Positions 14,480-26,590 of a stretch of DNA of 64,000 nt are shown here, in pieces. The stretch covers positions 5,878,439 through 5,942,438 of the forward strand of contig MU053561.1 of NCBI GenBank assembly GCA_013239625.1, written 5' to 3'. The position numbers were made by a program, and so were the translations under genes. Position 1 is the first letter of the stretch, and each line of letters opens with the position of its first letter. The notes under the pieces are model-generated. The model did no database searches. It saw nothing but the letters and a program-made list of their open reading frames with translations, and was not told where the DNA came from. This DNA comes from Lama guanicoe. Taxonomy: Eukaryota.

Positions 14480-15450
14480 TTCTCAGTAAAAGGTCTTTGT
14501 TAAGGAGTAAGGTTGCAGCAACAAGGAACTTCCCCAATAAGTCCTGGAGTCCATACCTCTCTCATTCCATTGGATTCTGTGAGTGGGGTTGGTGGTCAAC
14601 GTAGCCTGAATTATGTATTCCCATTTTATGTCTGAAGCATATTGGGGCTGTGTTAAATGCATAATGTGGTCTGACCTGGGTTGGTCAATGGAATGACTAG
14701 TGAACCAGAGGGGATACACATGAAGTTGGAAGACTCTCAAATTAACTTTTCATTGGAAACAGAAGCAAAACCCCCATTATTTAACTTGTTTTGGCCTGAT
14801 GGAACAGGAAAGCCATACCTAGTCTTCTACGTAGAGGTCTACCTTGATGTATGTTGCCCATTTGCAATTTATGGCTTGGTGCCTCTTGTTGGCATGTAAC
14901 TTCTCCAGATTCTGGTTCCTACTGATGGGACTATGGGAAGCATACACAAGACAAAACAATGAGGGAGTGGTGAAAACAAGGCTGCAGTAGAATGGTATGT
15001 TCTGAGCTTGGTCAGAGTTACTATACCTCTGGCTTTGGGGCATTCAGTAGACCAGCTATCCTGGAGGTAGATAACAAACAGCAAAGGATACTGCTCTACA
15101 AGAGATTCCAGCTTCTTTTTCACTACTAGATTAGAGGTGGTGAACAGTAAAAGGCATATGTACATCTGGAAGACTTAAAGAAGGCTCTCCCAAAGCAGGA
15201 TAAAATTAAAGCCCTGAGTCTGAGACTGAGTTTGAGACACTAGGGAGAAAAGAACTTGTCTATAAGCAGTTGGTTTGGAGTCTAGGGCTGAAGGCTGTCC
15301 GTTGCAATGGATAAAGTGGGCTATTTCAGTAACTGTGGCCATGTGACCAAAACAGAACCATGGGCCTGGATTAGGAGAAAACTGTGAAGTTGTAAGGAAA
15401 TCCACAGGGTCTCTCAAACTTGAATCCTTATCTGCCAAATATGATAACGG
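14480..15450 (-). mobile_element. Possible ancient RTE-clade LINE (L4/MamRTE1-like) ORF remnant
   Basis: Minus-strand fragments RGIVTLTKLRTY and NLEKLHANKRHQAINCKWATYI resemble RTE post-RT motifs (GI.L.TKLKVY; LERFH.RCLR.IL.IKW.D.I). Heavily decayed. Confidence 0.35.
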
Positions 15451-17219
15451 AAGGAGAATTTCCTCATAGAGAGGATTCTGCCAAACCTTTTTACTAAGAC
15501 CCTTGTTCAGAAACTAAACCTTTCCTTGGAGATCTTTCATAAATTGCCATTGATAATATGGGGAGGACTTGGGGGCGGGAGAGGAGCATTCCCCTTTTTG
15601 CCTGCTTCTTAAATACTGCAGCAGGGACCAAGCTGGAACAGACTTGCCTGCTGCAGTATCTGTTGCCCTACTTCCTCTCTGCCTACCTATTTCTCACTTT
15701 CCAACCCCCACACAATTTTCTGTCATTGTTGTTTTCCTCTTTATATTGATGAAAAATAAAGTGTTAGGAATTTAAGAATTCTATTTTCTTTTGCATTATC
15801 GGATAATGTATTATGTAGAAATAGCAAGCAAACTCATACTGTTAGTTCTATGTGGGGAGGTGCTCCATTTGAAACATGTGAACTTGGATGCCCAGACCGA
15901 TATGAACTCCCTTTCCCTATACTGCTCACCACTCCTTATTATCTTATTCTGGGCTAATTAACTTTTCTTAGTCCTTGAGGGCTTTTCAGTTTGAATACTT
16001 GATTTAGATTAAACTTGACTGAAGTTCAGTGATAAGGAGAGTGATGCCATCAACAGGCAGACATACAAAACATGAATATTTATCTTCATTTTTGGGGATC
16101 CAGGGAAGCCTCTTTCCCTGACTCCTACCAGGCAGCTCTGTGGCAGAGGCCATTTTCCCTGAATCAATGAAGAGAGCCCTCAACATTTCTTAACTCCTGT
16201 AAGTCTAAACCCTGAGAAGGTAAATCTAGAAGTGCCCCCTTAGCTGTTGCATGTTCCAAGTTTTCCTGTGTGAGAATTCTCTTCTTTGAGTGATCAATAA
16301 TGACAACATTTACCATATTTAGGGAAACTTTTACACCCTACCCAAAGGAGTACAGTCTTATTCTATGACCACAAAAAAACAATCCTATCAGAGTACAACA
16401 CAATAGGCATAACATCTGAACTCATGATTTGTACAAAAGTGGGAGGGGAAAGGCTTCATTCTCTTAATACACAGCTCAGAAGTGGATACAGTTGCCCTTA
16501 GACCTCACCTGGGCACAGATGTCACAGGTACTATATGATGCAGATTCAGGGTTCTCAGAGGTCACCATAGATTGATTTCTGTGCTTTATTTAAGCCTCAT
16601 CTTGCACACCAGTGCAGTGATACGAAGGTCCAGTTAGAACACCCTAGCCTGGCTCCCCAGGCAGGTGGATACATAAGGCTAGTCATTATGATCTAAGAGG
16701 CCTCCTTTGCTGCATGCACCCCTCTCCTGAGTCACCAGGCTTGGGGTACAGCTGTTCAGGAGTTCCAACTGCCTGCTGCTGCTGTTGGGTGAGGGCCATA
16801 AGGTCCAAGTTCTCACACCGAAAGATCTCACAACATGGAATGTGGGTGCCAGGACACCCAGAACTTCTTGGGATATAGGTGACCTTAAAATTAAGCTGTT
16901 GAAAAAGATGCCCCAACATATCCACTCCCAGCTTAGCTGCCTAAAGGTTCACAACTATTCCAGATTCAGATAAGCAGAGGGTTCCCTGCAGTGCACTTTC
17001 TATTTTCAAACGCAGCTTTCAGGGCCAACTGTTCTTATAATGATTGTTTAGCTCTATCAGGGATAGAAGGAACCTAGAATATGGTCTTCCTAAATCAAAT
17101 GACCTTCAAAGTCTGTGATTAGTCTCCTATGGTATTAATAGTTACAAACGACAATTTCTACCCATATATTTATAGTGAGAACTAAATAATGACTACTTTC
17201 TGATGATTCCAGACAATAC

Positions 17220-17375
17220 TGATTTTGTGACTTTAGCCAAGTTACTTAACCTCTCTGTATCTGTTACCTCTATATCTGTATCTGTCTGTAAAATAGGGGA
17301 TTATGATAGTATCTAGTCCACAGCATTTTCATGAGGAGTAATGCCTGGCATATAATAAGTATTCCCTAAACCTTA
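17220..17375 (+). mobile_element. MIR SINE fragment
   Basis: TGTGACTTTAGCCAAGTTACTTAACCTCTCTG...TCTGTAAAATAGGG MIR core. Confidence 0.7.
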
Positions 17376-18939
17376 GGTATCATCAATTTATCCTCCACTC
17401 TCACCCCCTCTGCCTAGAATACTAAAGAAAGGAAGGGAGAGAAGACAGGAAGGAAGAAGAAAGAAAAAAAAAAAAGAGTGAGCTCAGGGTTAGCCAGGGT
17501 CAAAGAGGTAGACAGGTCTGGCAAATACGCAGAATCATGCCTAGAAGGAATGTTTGCTAGGAAAGATCTCAAACAGTGAGATAGGTTACAAAGAGCATAG
17601 GCCAAAACTAGCCTGTGCTGGCAGAGATAAGGAGCAAGAGCCAAGCCATATCAGACCACTGAAGGGAGGAAGGGCGTGGGAAGTGGACTGCCATAAAGAG
17701 AGCGTCATGCAGTTTGGCTGAAAACAAACTGAATTAGAAAATAAACAGATCAAAAAGGAATATTCTTGCTACTTATTCCCCATATGGACTGTTGTCAAAT
17801 TTCATTTTCCATATTCCCACTTAAATTATTATAAATTTTAAATGGGAGAGTATTCTTACTCTATTAAGTAGTACTGTGTTTTAAAAGAAACTTTTTCTGC
17901 TTTATTTGGTGTTGGTGAAATAGCATCTTTTTATTTCCTACCTCACAGAAATGATGGAATAACTGAGGGAATGTAAGTGAGGTATGCAGTTCAATTCCAG
18001 AGAAAAGACACTGTAATTTTATTTTTCTCCTTTTCCAGATAAAGCAATTGAATAACTTCCACAGCTTGAATAGTAACTAGCTGTTACGAACTTTTCGTTT
18101 TGCACTGGCATTTCTCATCCCATTACTAATTTTTGAAATTACAACTCTTACCTTGAAATCTGCAGAAGTTTTCCTCACTTAATAACAAGCTTGCAAACAG
18201 TCTATCAGCCTTTAAAATAGAAAAGTGTATCTGGGGAATTTCATGATAAAACCAAAAGCCACTAGAGAGCACTAAGCCTTCTCTGATTTTGAAAGACCCC
18301 CATGATGAAATGTTTTTATTTTAAAGATTGCACTTGGCACAGTGAGAACCTGGAGCCTGGAGATCTGGTTCTTCTGATCATGACATTTATTAGATGAGTG
18401 GCCTTAGAAAAGTCTTTGAGTTTCCGTGGGCCTTAATTTCCCTTTCTGTAAAATGTGGATGGTTATGCTAGATGATCTTCAACCTCCTCTCAGCTCTAAA
18501 CTTCTGATCTTATGCTTACAAGTTAACTTCTTCAGTGTCTCATGGATTAATCAAGAAGAAAATCTGGCAGAAAAGAATTTTACCTGTATCATTTCATCAT
18601 TTTTGCCAGCTCACCCACCCTGATTCTACTTTTTCAGCTAAGAACCTTGGAGTTGCTTTTGATCTTTGCCTCTTATACACTTTATGGACAAATTGTAATA
18701 ATATTAATTCATAAACATTTGTTGAGCACTTTCCAAGCTTTACCACTTTTGCAAATATTATCTTATTTGACTTTCACAACGGCTCAGGCTCATAGATATT
18801 ATCTTAAGCTTATCTGATAGGAAAACCAAGGCCCAGAATAGCTCAGTAAATTAACTGCCCAAAGTACCAGGGATAAGTTATGGGGACAAGCCTTCTGATT
18901 CCAAAGCCTGTATTCTTTTCACAGCACCAGAGTTCCTGC

Positions 18940-19075
18940 TAGGGGCAGATCCAGATTTTGTGGGGCCTTAGGTATATATAATTTTGGTGGAGGAATACAA
19001 GATTATAATACAACACTAAATAATGATCCTATGACACACTGTTAGAGCCAAGTGAGGAGCCTTTAGAGTTAACAT
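18940..19075 (+). mobile_element. MER53-like hAT MITE
   Basis: AGGGGCAGATCCAGATTTTGTGGGGCCT start matches the recalled MER53 terminus. Confidence 0.55.
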
Positions 19076-19800
19076 TTAGGATTCAATTTCATGGTTTCCT
19101 ATGGTTATACATTTTTGTAGTGCTTACTATATGCCAGAAACTAAAATAAATACTGATTTTATTATCATAACAACCCTATGAGGAAGGTACTATCCTTGCT
19201 TCACAGAGCAGAGAATGAGGGAGGCTCAGAGATAAAATGATTTGCCTAAGGACAAAGAGCCAGTAAGTGCCAAATATCAGAGTTGGAATCCAGATCTAAT
19301 CCTGGGTCCATGATGTGAACCTACCACACTATGCTCCTCTCTAAGCCTTCTTTTGAAGTTTCCTGGGAATCATCTTATTCTGCCACTTCCCACTGCATTC
19401 CATTGTTCAGGTCCTGATAGTTCACACCTCAACCAATCCAAGTTTGTCTCCCTAATTCAACTCTCCTCTCATCTACCCTGAATGCTGCTACTGCCTGAAG
19501 CACTGCTGTTCTGGCCACGGAAAGAACCTGGAGTGCCTTACTTCTCTGCATTTATCAAAGGTAAAAAGAAATTACTGCTCATAAGCAGTACTTGGCTATC
19601 GACTCCCTACTGTCTTCTAATGTGTTTAACTGTTACTGAAAACTTTTCGTTGTCTGAAACAGGCAGAGTGGGTGACAGGAAGAAAGCACACGGAAGCATC
19701 CAGAACCCTATCCCTCAACCCCTACTCCCTCACGATCCAGATTCTTCATTTGCAAAACAAAAAGCTTAAGGACGAGCTCAAGGGGTTGTAAGGGAATTAA

Positions 19801-19890
19801 GTAGGGAGGGGGTAAGGCGGAGGGGAGGGGTAGGAGAGGGGGAGGAGGAGGGGAGGAGGGGAGGAGGGAGGGAGGGAAGGGCAGGGAAAG
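19801..19890 (+). repeat. G/A-rich low-complexity tract
   Basis: More than 8 runs of GGG or longer in ~90 nt. Confidence 0.9.
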
Positions 19891-20369
19891 GACAGGCATC
19901 AAGTGCTCGTCAAACGTTGGTGGATTTCTGCTTTACTCAATTCTCCCCCAAAAATCTGTAAGGCAGCCTCGACTCATACCTTTTTGGTACTTCTCCATCA
20001 TTACTTAATTTCATCACTTCAACAGCATCATAGGGTTGTGAGGATAATTCGGGTGAGCAGCTAAGTATATAATCGGCCCTTCAGAATTGTTAGCTGTAAT
20101 TATAGCTTGTTCCAAACCTTCAGTGTCCATAAAAATGTGGCCTCTCTGCATGCTCATTTCTCCGTATTTCCGACACACAGTGTCGCCACCCTCAGACCAG
20201 CTCTTCTCTGCCGATTTCTGTATTTAATACCCACCACTCATCTGATGCTCTGTAGTATGGAAGTTCCACCACCAAAAGCGCCTATAAGGTTGCTTCTATT
20301 ACTGTTGCCATTTTAGAGAGCAGGAAACAGGCCCTGAGGGTTTGAGTGACTTCCCCAAGGTCACGGAAC

Positions 20370-21800
20370 TCAAGCGGCGAGAGCGTGCGCTCTTAAGCCT
20401 CTGGCTTTCGGCTCCTTCCTGGGTCCGAGGTGCACCCGCTTCCATTCAAACCCTGCCCAGCCCCCCACTTCCAGTCGCTTCCTCGCTCGTCCGCGCGCCC
20501 GTTGCCCGCCACACCTGAGTCAGGCCCCTGGGAGCACGCCCCATCAGTCCGTGGCGGTTTTCCCCTTTTCTCCGCCACAGACTGAGGGTGAGATCGACGA
20601 TGATGTCCCAGACGCGAGTAGGTCACCCCGCGGTCCTCCGAGGGCGGGCCTGAGGGACGAGTCCCAACGAGGAGCGCGGCGACGCTGTCCACGCCGCACG
20701 GCGGGGGCGCCGCGCGCGGGTCTTGCCGGGCCTCCGGTCACGTAGCGGGGTTGGGGGGGCGCCAGCGCGAGCGAGCGGGCGCGCGCCTGAGAGCTTGTTG
20801 AGGCGCGAGTCGCTGTTAGGGAGTGAGGAGGGGGAAGAGGGGGCGGCGGCCGGGAGGGCCGACTCCGCCCTGTGTGCGCATGCTCCGGCCCCGGCGGGTT
20901 ATAAGGCAGCCTCACGGGCCCGGCCCGACAAAGTGCTGGCGAGCTGCGACGTGACTGCCCCGGCGCGTGGGTGCCCCGGCGAGTGAGCCAGGCGGCCGGC
21001 GAAGGACGCGACCTGGACCCTGGGCCCCGTGGAACTCCAGCTGCGCCGCCGCGTCACGCTCACGCGGCGCCGCAAGCCGCGCATAACGGTTAGTTGGTAA
21101 CTGCCGGCCGCGCGCTCGGCGCAGACCCCGCGGTGCCCTTGCTTCCTCGGCGTGGTCGGAGGGAGCCTGGGGGAGCGAGAGGTTGGTCTCCCGGGGAAGA
21201 GGAGGGGCGGCCGGGCAGGGGCATCGCGGCCGCAGCAGCCACGTGGCCTCAGAGCGTAGCGCTGGTGAAGGAGACCTTGGGTCGCTGGGGACAGCGCCTC
21301 TCCCAGCAGAGCTGCGGCCCCGTTGTCAGGTGCCGGCCACCGGCCCGGCCGAGGAGTAGGGTCGTGATGCCGGTGACCTTGGGGAAGTCTCTTCCCCTCT
21401 AGTCTCCTGTAGGCTCTTCACGAGATGCTTTTGATCTGGAAAAGAGACGACGAGGGGCTGATTCACGTGGTGCCTCCCGACTGCTGGCTGCGTTCTCGGA
21501 GGGAAAGGACTCGGGGCGGGAGTTATTATGGACTCGTGGCATGCCCGCCCCAACCTCCTCAGCCAGCCAATCCTTGTCCCACCTGGTGACCTGCGGTAGT
21601 GATTTGGGGAAGCTGCAGTCCCCGCAGCCAAGGCGTGACTGCAGGGTTCGAGTGGACTTTGCGGAGGGGACAGTGCAGCTGGCAGACGCCGGGAGTGGTG
21701 CTGCCGGGAACTCTTTGTCATTCAACCTGTGGCTGCAGAACGTCCGCCGCAGCGCCCTCGCTCTGGGTCTTTAAGGCGGCCGGGTCGAGAGTAATCTGAA
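20370..21800. promoter_or_regulatory. SLC16A1: CpG island promoter of SLC16A1
   Basis: Very GC- and CpG-rich block in AT-rich surroundings. TATAA 20900-20904, GC boxes, NRF1-like TGCGCATGCTC ~20875-20885, AP-1 TGAGTCA 20516-20522. Confidence 0.92.
20930..21088 (+). other. SLC16A1: Non-coding exon 1 (5'UTR); TSS approximate
   Basis: Starts ~25-30 nt after the TATA box and ends ...CGCGCATAACG|GTTAGT (donor at 21089). Resembles the recalled human SLC16A1 exon 1 end. No upstream ATG. Confidence 0.8.
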
Positions 21801-22121
21801 GCATAGCGTGACACTTGGTCTGATGCACAATTTTTGTTCCAAATACATCCTTTTTTTTCCCCACGTGCATTTAACATTCCTTTTCATGAATTATTTGATG
21901 AGACCAGCTGTTGCCAAAACTAGTTTGTAATTAATCTTAACCAAAAAAATCAAACGTGATTGCAACTCTACCCGAGTTGCCAGTGTCTGATTATAAACTA
22001 AGTCTATTGATAACAGTAAAATGCTTACAAGCTACTTTGTCATAACTAGTTTTTAAGGTTTTTTTCCCCCAAAATTATTCTGGTTTCGAAATAAAATGTG
22101 TACACTTAAGTGCTCTGATAA

Positions 22122-22280
22122 GGCACATTATTTTCCTTTATGAATTGTTTGTATTCTGAGGGGCAGGTAATTAAGTTTCTTCACGATTTCCGCTTGGAGG
22201 AGGTACGGGGCATTGAACCCGGGATCTTTTGGGTGCTGAGCATGCGCTCTACCACTTGAGCTATATATACCTTTCCCCAA
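22122..22280 (-). mobile_element. tRNA-Ala-derived camelid SINE (older copy)
   Basis: CATTGAACCCGGG...GCATGCGCTCTACCACTTGAGCTATA. Imperfect TSD TGCTCTGATAA (22111-22121) and TGCTCTGACAA (22281-22291). Confidence 0.8.
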
Positions 22281-23314
22281 TGCTCTGACAAAATAAATGT
22301 GGGGTAAGTTACTAGGGAAATGTCAGTGATGGAGTGACCTCTGAATTATGTGAGAGTCTGCAAGAGTGTGAGTAAGAATTAACCATTAATAAGAAATTTT
22401 GATGTCAGTTTACCAGCCCACTGAGGTGAAGCAGAGAGTATGTATTATAGTTCAGCTTTTTAGTTAGGCATTAAATATACCCATAAATCCAAGTTTTATA
22501 CTCTGGGGTACAATTTTGCCTTCATATTGCTATAGAAATAATAAAGAATTTAAGAAATCTAGCCCTTAAAACAGGTACTTGGTAAGTATTGAATTTCAAC
22601 AAAAGTTGAACTTCAGTAATTAATTCAGGGATTAGATAGATGCTGTTCTTTCATCGGATTGCAGTGACCCTTGTTAAAAATGCAAGTTAATGGTCTAGGG
22701 GAGCGTTATGTGAGATTTTTATAGCTAGATAGGTTTAAATCTTTAGCTGTAAGCTTAACGTAATAAGCTATTAACATACCTAAACAGATTAAAAAGGGGG
22801 GAAAAAAGTTCATGCCACCATAGGATGAACCAACTGATCAGTGTTTCAATAGTTTACATATCTTTTGGCCTTTTAAATATTAATGCCTATGATACTAACT
22901 CTGGAAGGGATCTTAATGACCAGCTAGTCAATTTCCCTTATTCTACAGATTAGGAAACTAAGGTTGGAGAGGTTAAGTGACTTATCTTAGTTCTGAAAAT
23001 TTTTTAATGGGTGGGAATTAATGTGTGTCTTTTGGCTCGCATTTAATGATTTTGGCACTCTTGAACTTTCTCTAAAATTATAAATATAGATATAAATTAT
23101 TACATGCCAGAAACAGATATTTTGAATAATAACATCCCAACTTCTTATGTTCTTCATTCCCGTTGTATTTTCCATCCACTTCATAATATGCATTCCTGTG
23201 TGGGATTTAGTTCCCTGTAAATATCTACACAGCCAATCTGGTTTTGTTACAGAAGAGGACTAGGAAGATGGGACTTCAATGTGAGAAAAATAGTCCAGAA
23301 AGTTTTGAATTTTT

Positions 23315-24130
23315 ATGTATTCATCAATTTGTTATAGGCTGCCAGGCACTATGAGAGACCTGTGATTCAGCAATGAACAAGTTCTAGCCCTATCCCTCCC
23401 GGAGTTTATAGTCTAAGTAGAAAACAATGTGTATAATTACCACAAGTACTCTTTACAAACAAATATTGAGTGTTATGATAGAGGAAGTGTAGGTTCCTAT
23501 GGGAAAAAATGCTGTATTATGTAGATGTGAGAAGACACCCAACTTAGTACTGAGGCAATCTGGGTAGGCCTTTTTGAGAAAATGCTATTTAACCTGAAAC
23601 TTGAAGGATGAACAGGAGCTATCTAGGCTAGGGAGTGATAGTGAAAAGGGCATTTCAGATGTAAGTACTGAAGTTACAAAGTACAGGTTGCATTGGAAAA
23701 ACTTAAAAGAATTTCACCAAAGTAAAAGCATAAAGAAAGAGCAGAGAGAATGGGGAAAGATGGAAGTAGGAGAGGTAGGCAATATCAGATGATGGAAGGC
23801 CTTACAAGTCATTTTAACCAAATAGGGAAGGGACTAGGTAAAAATTTTTAAGGAAATACTCTTACCTTGAAGCTAATATGAAGCAGTTTAAGGATTTTAA
23901 ATGGGGCTGGGAATAGCGTGATCAGATTGTGCATTTTAGGAGCATCACTCTGGATACAATGTTGAGAACAGGCTGGAGGGAGGCTGTTGGAGTTCTATGA
24001 AACCACAGTGATGGACAAGATGGACGGCAGTGGGAGGGTGGAAGAGAGAGGGGAACAGACAGGATTCAGTGGGAGACTGGGGAAGCCAGAGGAGTTACGG
24101 ATATCTCTTTTACAAGATTTCTAGCTTCAG
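23315..24130 (-). mobile_element. L2 LINE fragment
   Basis: Typical antisense L2 3' region (GCCAGGCACT...GGAGTTTATAGTCTA...TTGAAGGATGAACAGGAG). Confidence 0.7.
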
Positions 24131-26124
24131 CAAATAATGAGTATGGGTTTATTATTTGTCTCCATTTAACCAATGGGGACATTAAGAGGTTGTGTGACCA
24201 GCCCAGGACTGCTCAACTTGCAAGAGTTAGAAACAAAACTCAAATCCATTTCTGCCCTTTCTATGTTTTTGCTGCTATTCATAGTGGTTTTTTCCCCTTT
24301 TAAACAATTTATTATAGAAAGTTTCAAACCCAGTTGAGAGCCATTACTGTTTCATCTATACTCCTGCCTATTCCCCATCTCACCCGTGGACCCTCAGCCC
24401 CCAGCCCCTACTAGATTATTGTGAAGCAAATCTTAGATATATAAATATTTCATCTGTAAATATTTCAATGTATCTAGAAGATATGACTCTTAAAGAAAAT
24501 CATAACCACAATATCATGCCACCTTTAAAAATTGACACCACTAAATAACCAGACAGTATTCAAATTTTCCTAAATTGTTGCAAAATAATTTGTTTGTTTG
24601 ATCTACAACCCCTTTTCTCTCATTTTCTTCATAATTTATTTGTTGAAGGAACCAGGTTATTTTTTCCTTCGGTTTCCCTCATTCTGAATTTTGATGATTG
24701 CGTCCCTCTTGTATAGTTTTAACATGTCCTAGTTTAACATATCCTTCTGTCCCTTGTATCTTCTGTAAATTGGTAGCTAGATTGAGGACGTTGAGCAAGC
24801 TTAGATAAGTTTAGATTTGATTTCTGAGAGAATGCATGGTGTAGGGGAGAAGGCAAATGTAATTCATAGGTGGTGGTGTGTATGTCCATCAGGAAGGATA
24901 TGATGTTTGGTTGTCCCTCATTCTGCTATATTAAGGGCGTAGCTCCGTTATTTCATCAGTGGTTTGCAAATAGCAGTAATTTAATTGTGCCTTTAATTCT
25001 AACATTCTTGAATAACTAGAATACCTCTATAAAGGAGAAGTAGTTTGAAATTGAAGGACAAGTTAAAGTTTGTGTGCTTTAATACAATATATGATTGTGA
25101 CACTATCTTTTTGGAGAAATATATTTAAATGTATCAAGGTACATGGTACATCCTCTTTAAAAGCCAGTGTATTTTATTAGAATGTTTTTTAGTACTTGGT
25201 GTTAATGTTTCAAATGGCTTTTAGTATTTGCGATATTTAGAATTTACGTTCTTTAATTGGTAAGTTTTCTTCACTCACTACCAAATCTAAATCTCTACCT
25301 GGAACCAGATTACATACAGATTTTAAATTCCTTGAGGACACAGATTCACTGTTCCAGGTAGCCAGGCTTAAAATCCACCTCATCTTAATACTTCTCTAGC
25401 GGGCCCCCTGCCCTACCAAATGCAATTAAGTGCCATCCCTTTCTCCCCTTTGTTATCTCTTGTGTCCACTCCTTCCCACCCTACCTAACCCCCTTTTTTT
25501 ATTCTTATTACTGCTGCCTAGTTTATAGGCTGCTGCCATGACTGGATTGGTACAGTGGCCTTTTAAGTTGTATGTTATTCCTCCTTTAATTTGCCCTGAC
25601 AAACAAATTTTTCTCCATGCTTCTAACTGTCTTGCAGAGAAGTGATTAAAACAGCAATAACAATCTTATAGAAATGGTGATTTCTTTTCTGGGTTCATAC
25701 TATACACAATGACAGCATAAGTTCACATTCACCACAGTGGTGCCACTGGCTGCAAGGGCTGAACCATGAGGAATGCTAGTAGTGTGATTGTCCACACAAT
25801 CCTGTTGCTGATCACAACAAATAATATTGTTGAGTCCAATTTATTTACAATGATTTAGCCTTTGTATAAAGGAGAAATTTCTCAAAATATATAGGCATTA
25901 CAAGCTGCATATTTGATCATTCATTGAAAAATGTTTCTTTGCTGTGATTTTGCTCTTCCTATGTAAATCTTGTGAAGATTATTGAATGAATGAAGGCCTG
26001 ATCATACTGCTCTGGTGTGTTAAACTGTTTTGGATAATAACAGCTTTTGTAAATTGCCTTATTGAGCTTTTGAGAACCAAAGCTAAGTTTTTACTCAATT
26101 AACTTTCTCTTCTGTTCTCTAATC

Positions 26125-26590
26125 AAGGGTTTCAACTTGGGATCTTCAGATAGATCCTCCATGTTGGATGGAATGCAGGGAGTCTGTGAACTTGGTTGGG
26201 GGAAAAATTACATCTTTTCATTAACCTCTAAGTAAAATTTAGAATTTATTTTAACTATGAATGTAGGTAACAAATCATAGAAGTATTAGAAGTACTTGTG
26301 ACCTTGTCATCAATAGAAATTCATATCATGATACAGTGTTTGTAGCTATCTTGAAATTGTTTAAATTCATCACTGCTTCAAAATTACTGTGATTATTAGA
26401 CCCACTACCAGAGTTTATCTAATTTCTTACTTTAAAGAGCACATTATTATATCTAATTTTAATTGTTTTGACAAACTTATACCTTTGTATACTATTTTAT
26501 ACGTTTAAAACATTCTAATAAGGACTCCTTAGGCTTTCTCAAACTGCCGAAGGAATCTGTGGCACCAAAGATGGTAAGGACTCCTGCTCC
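26125..26590. mobile_element. Probable hAT-Charlie DNA transposon fragment
   Basis: Ends CAAGGGTTTCAACTTGGG and GGCACCAAAGATGGTAAGGACTCCTG resemble Charlie-type TIRs. Confidence 0.5.

Noticed and set aside
20393..21799. Multiple overlapping 60-131 aa ORFs
   Set aside because: Expected from stop-codon scarcity in a CpG island. Low-complexity R/P/G/A content with no recognisable homology.
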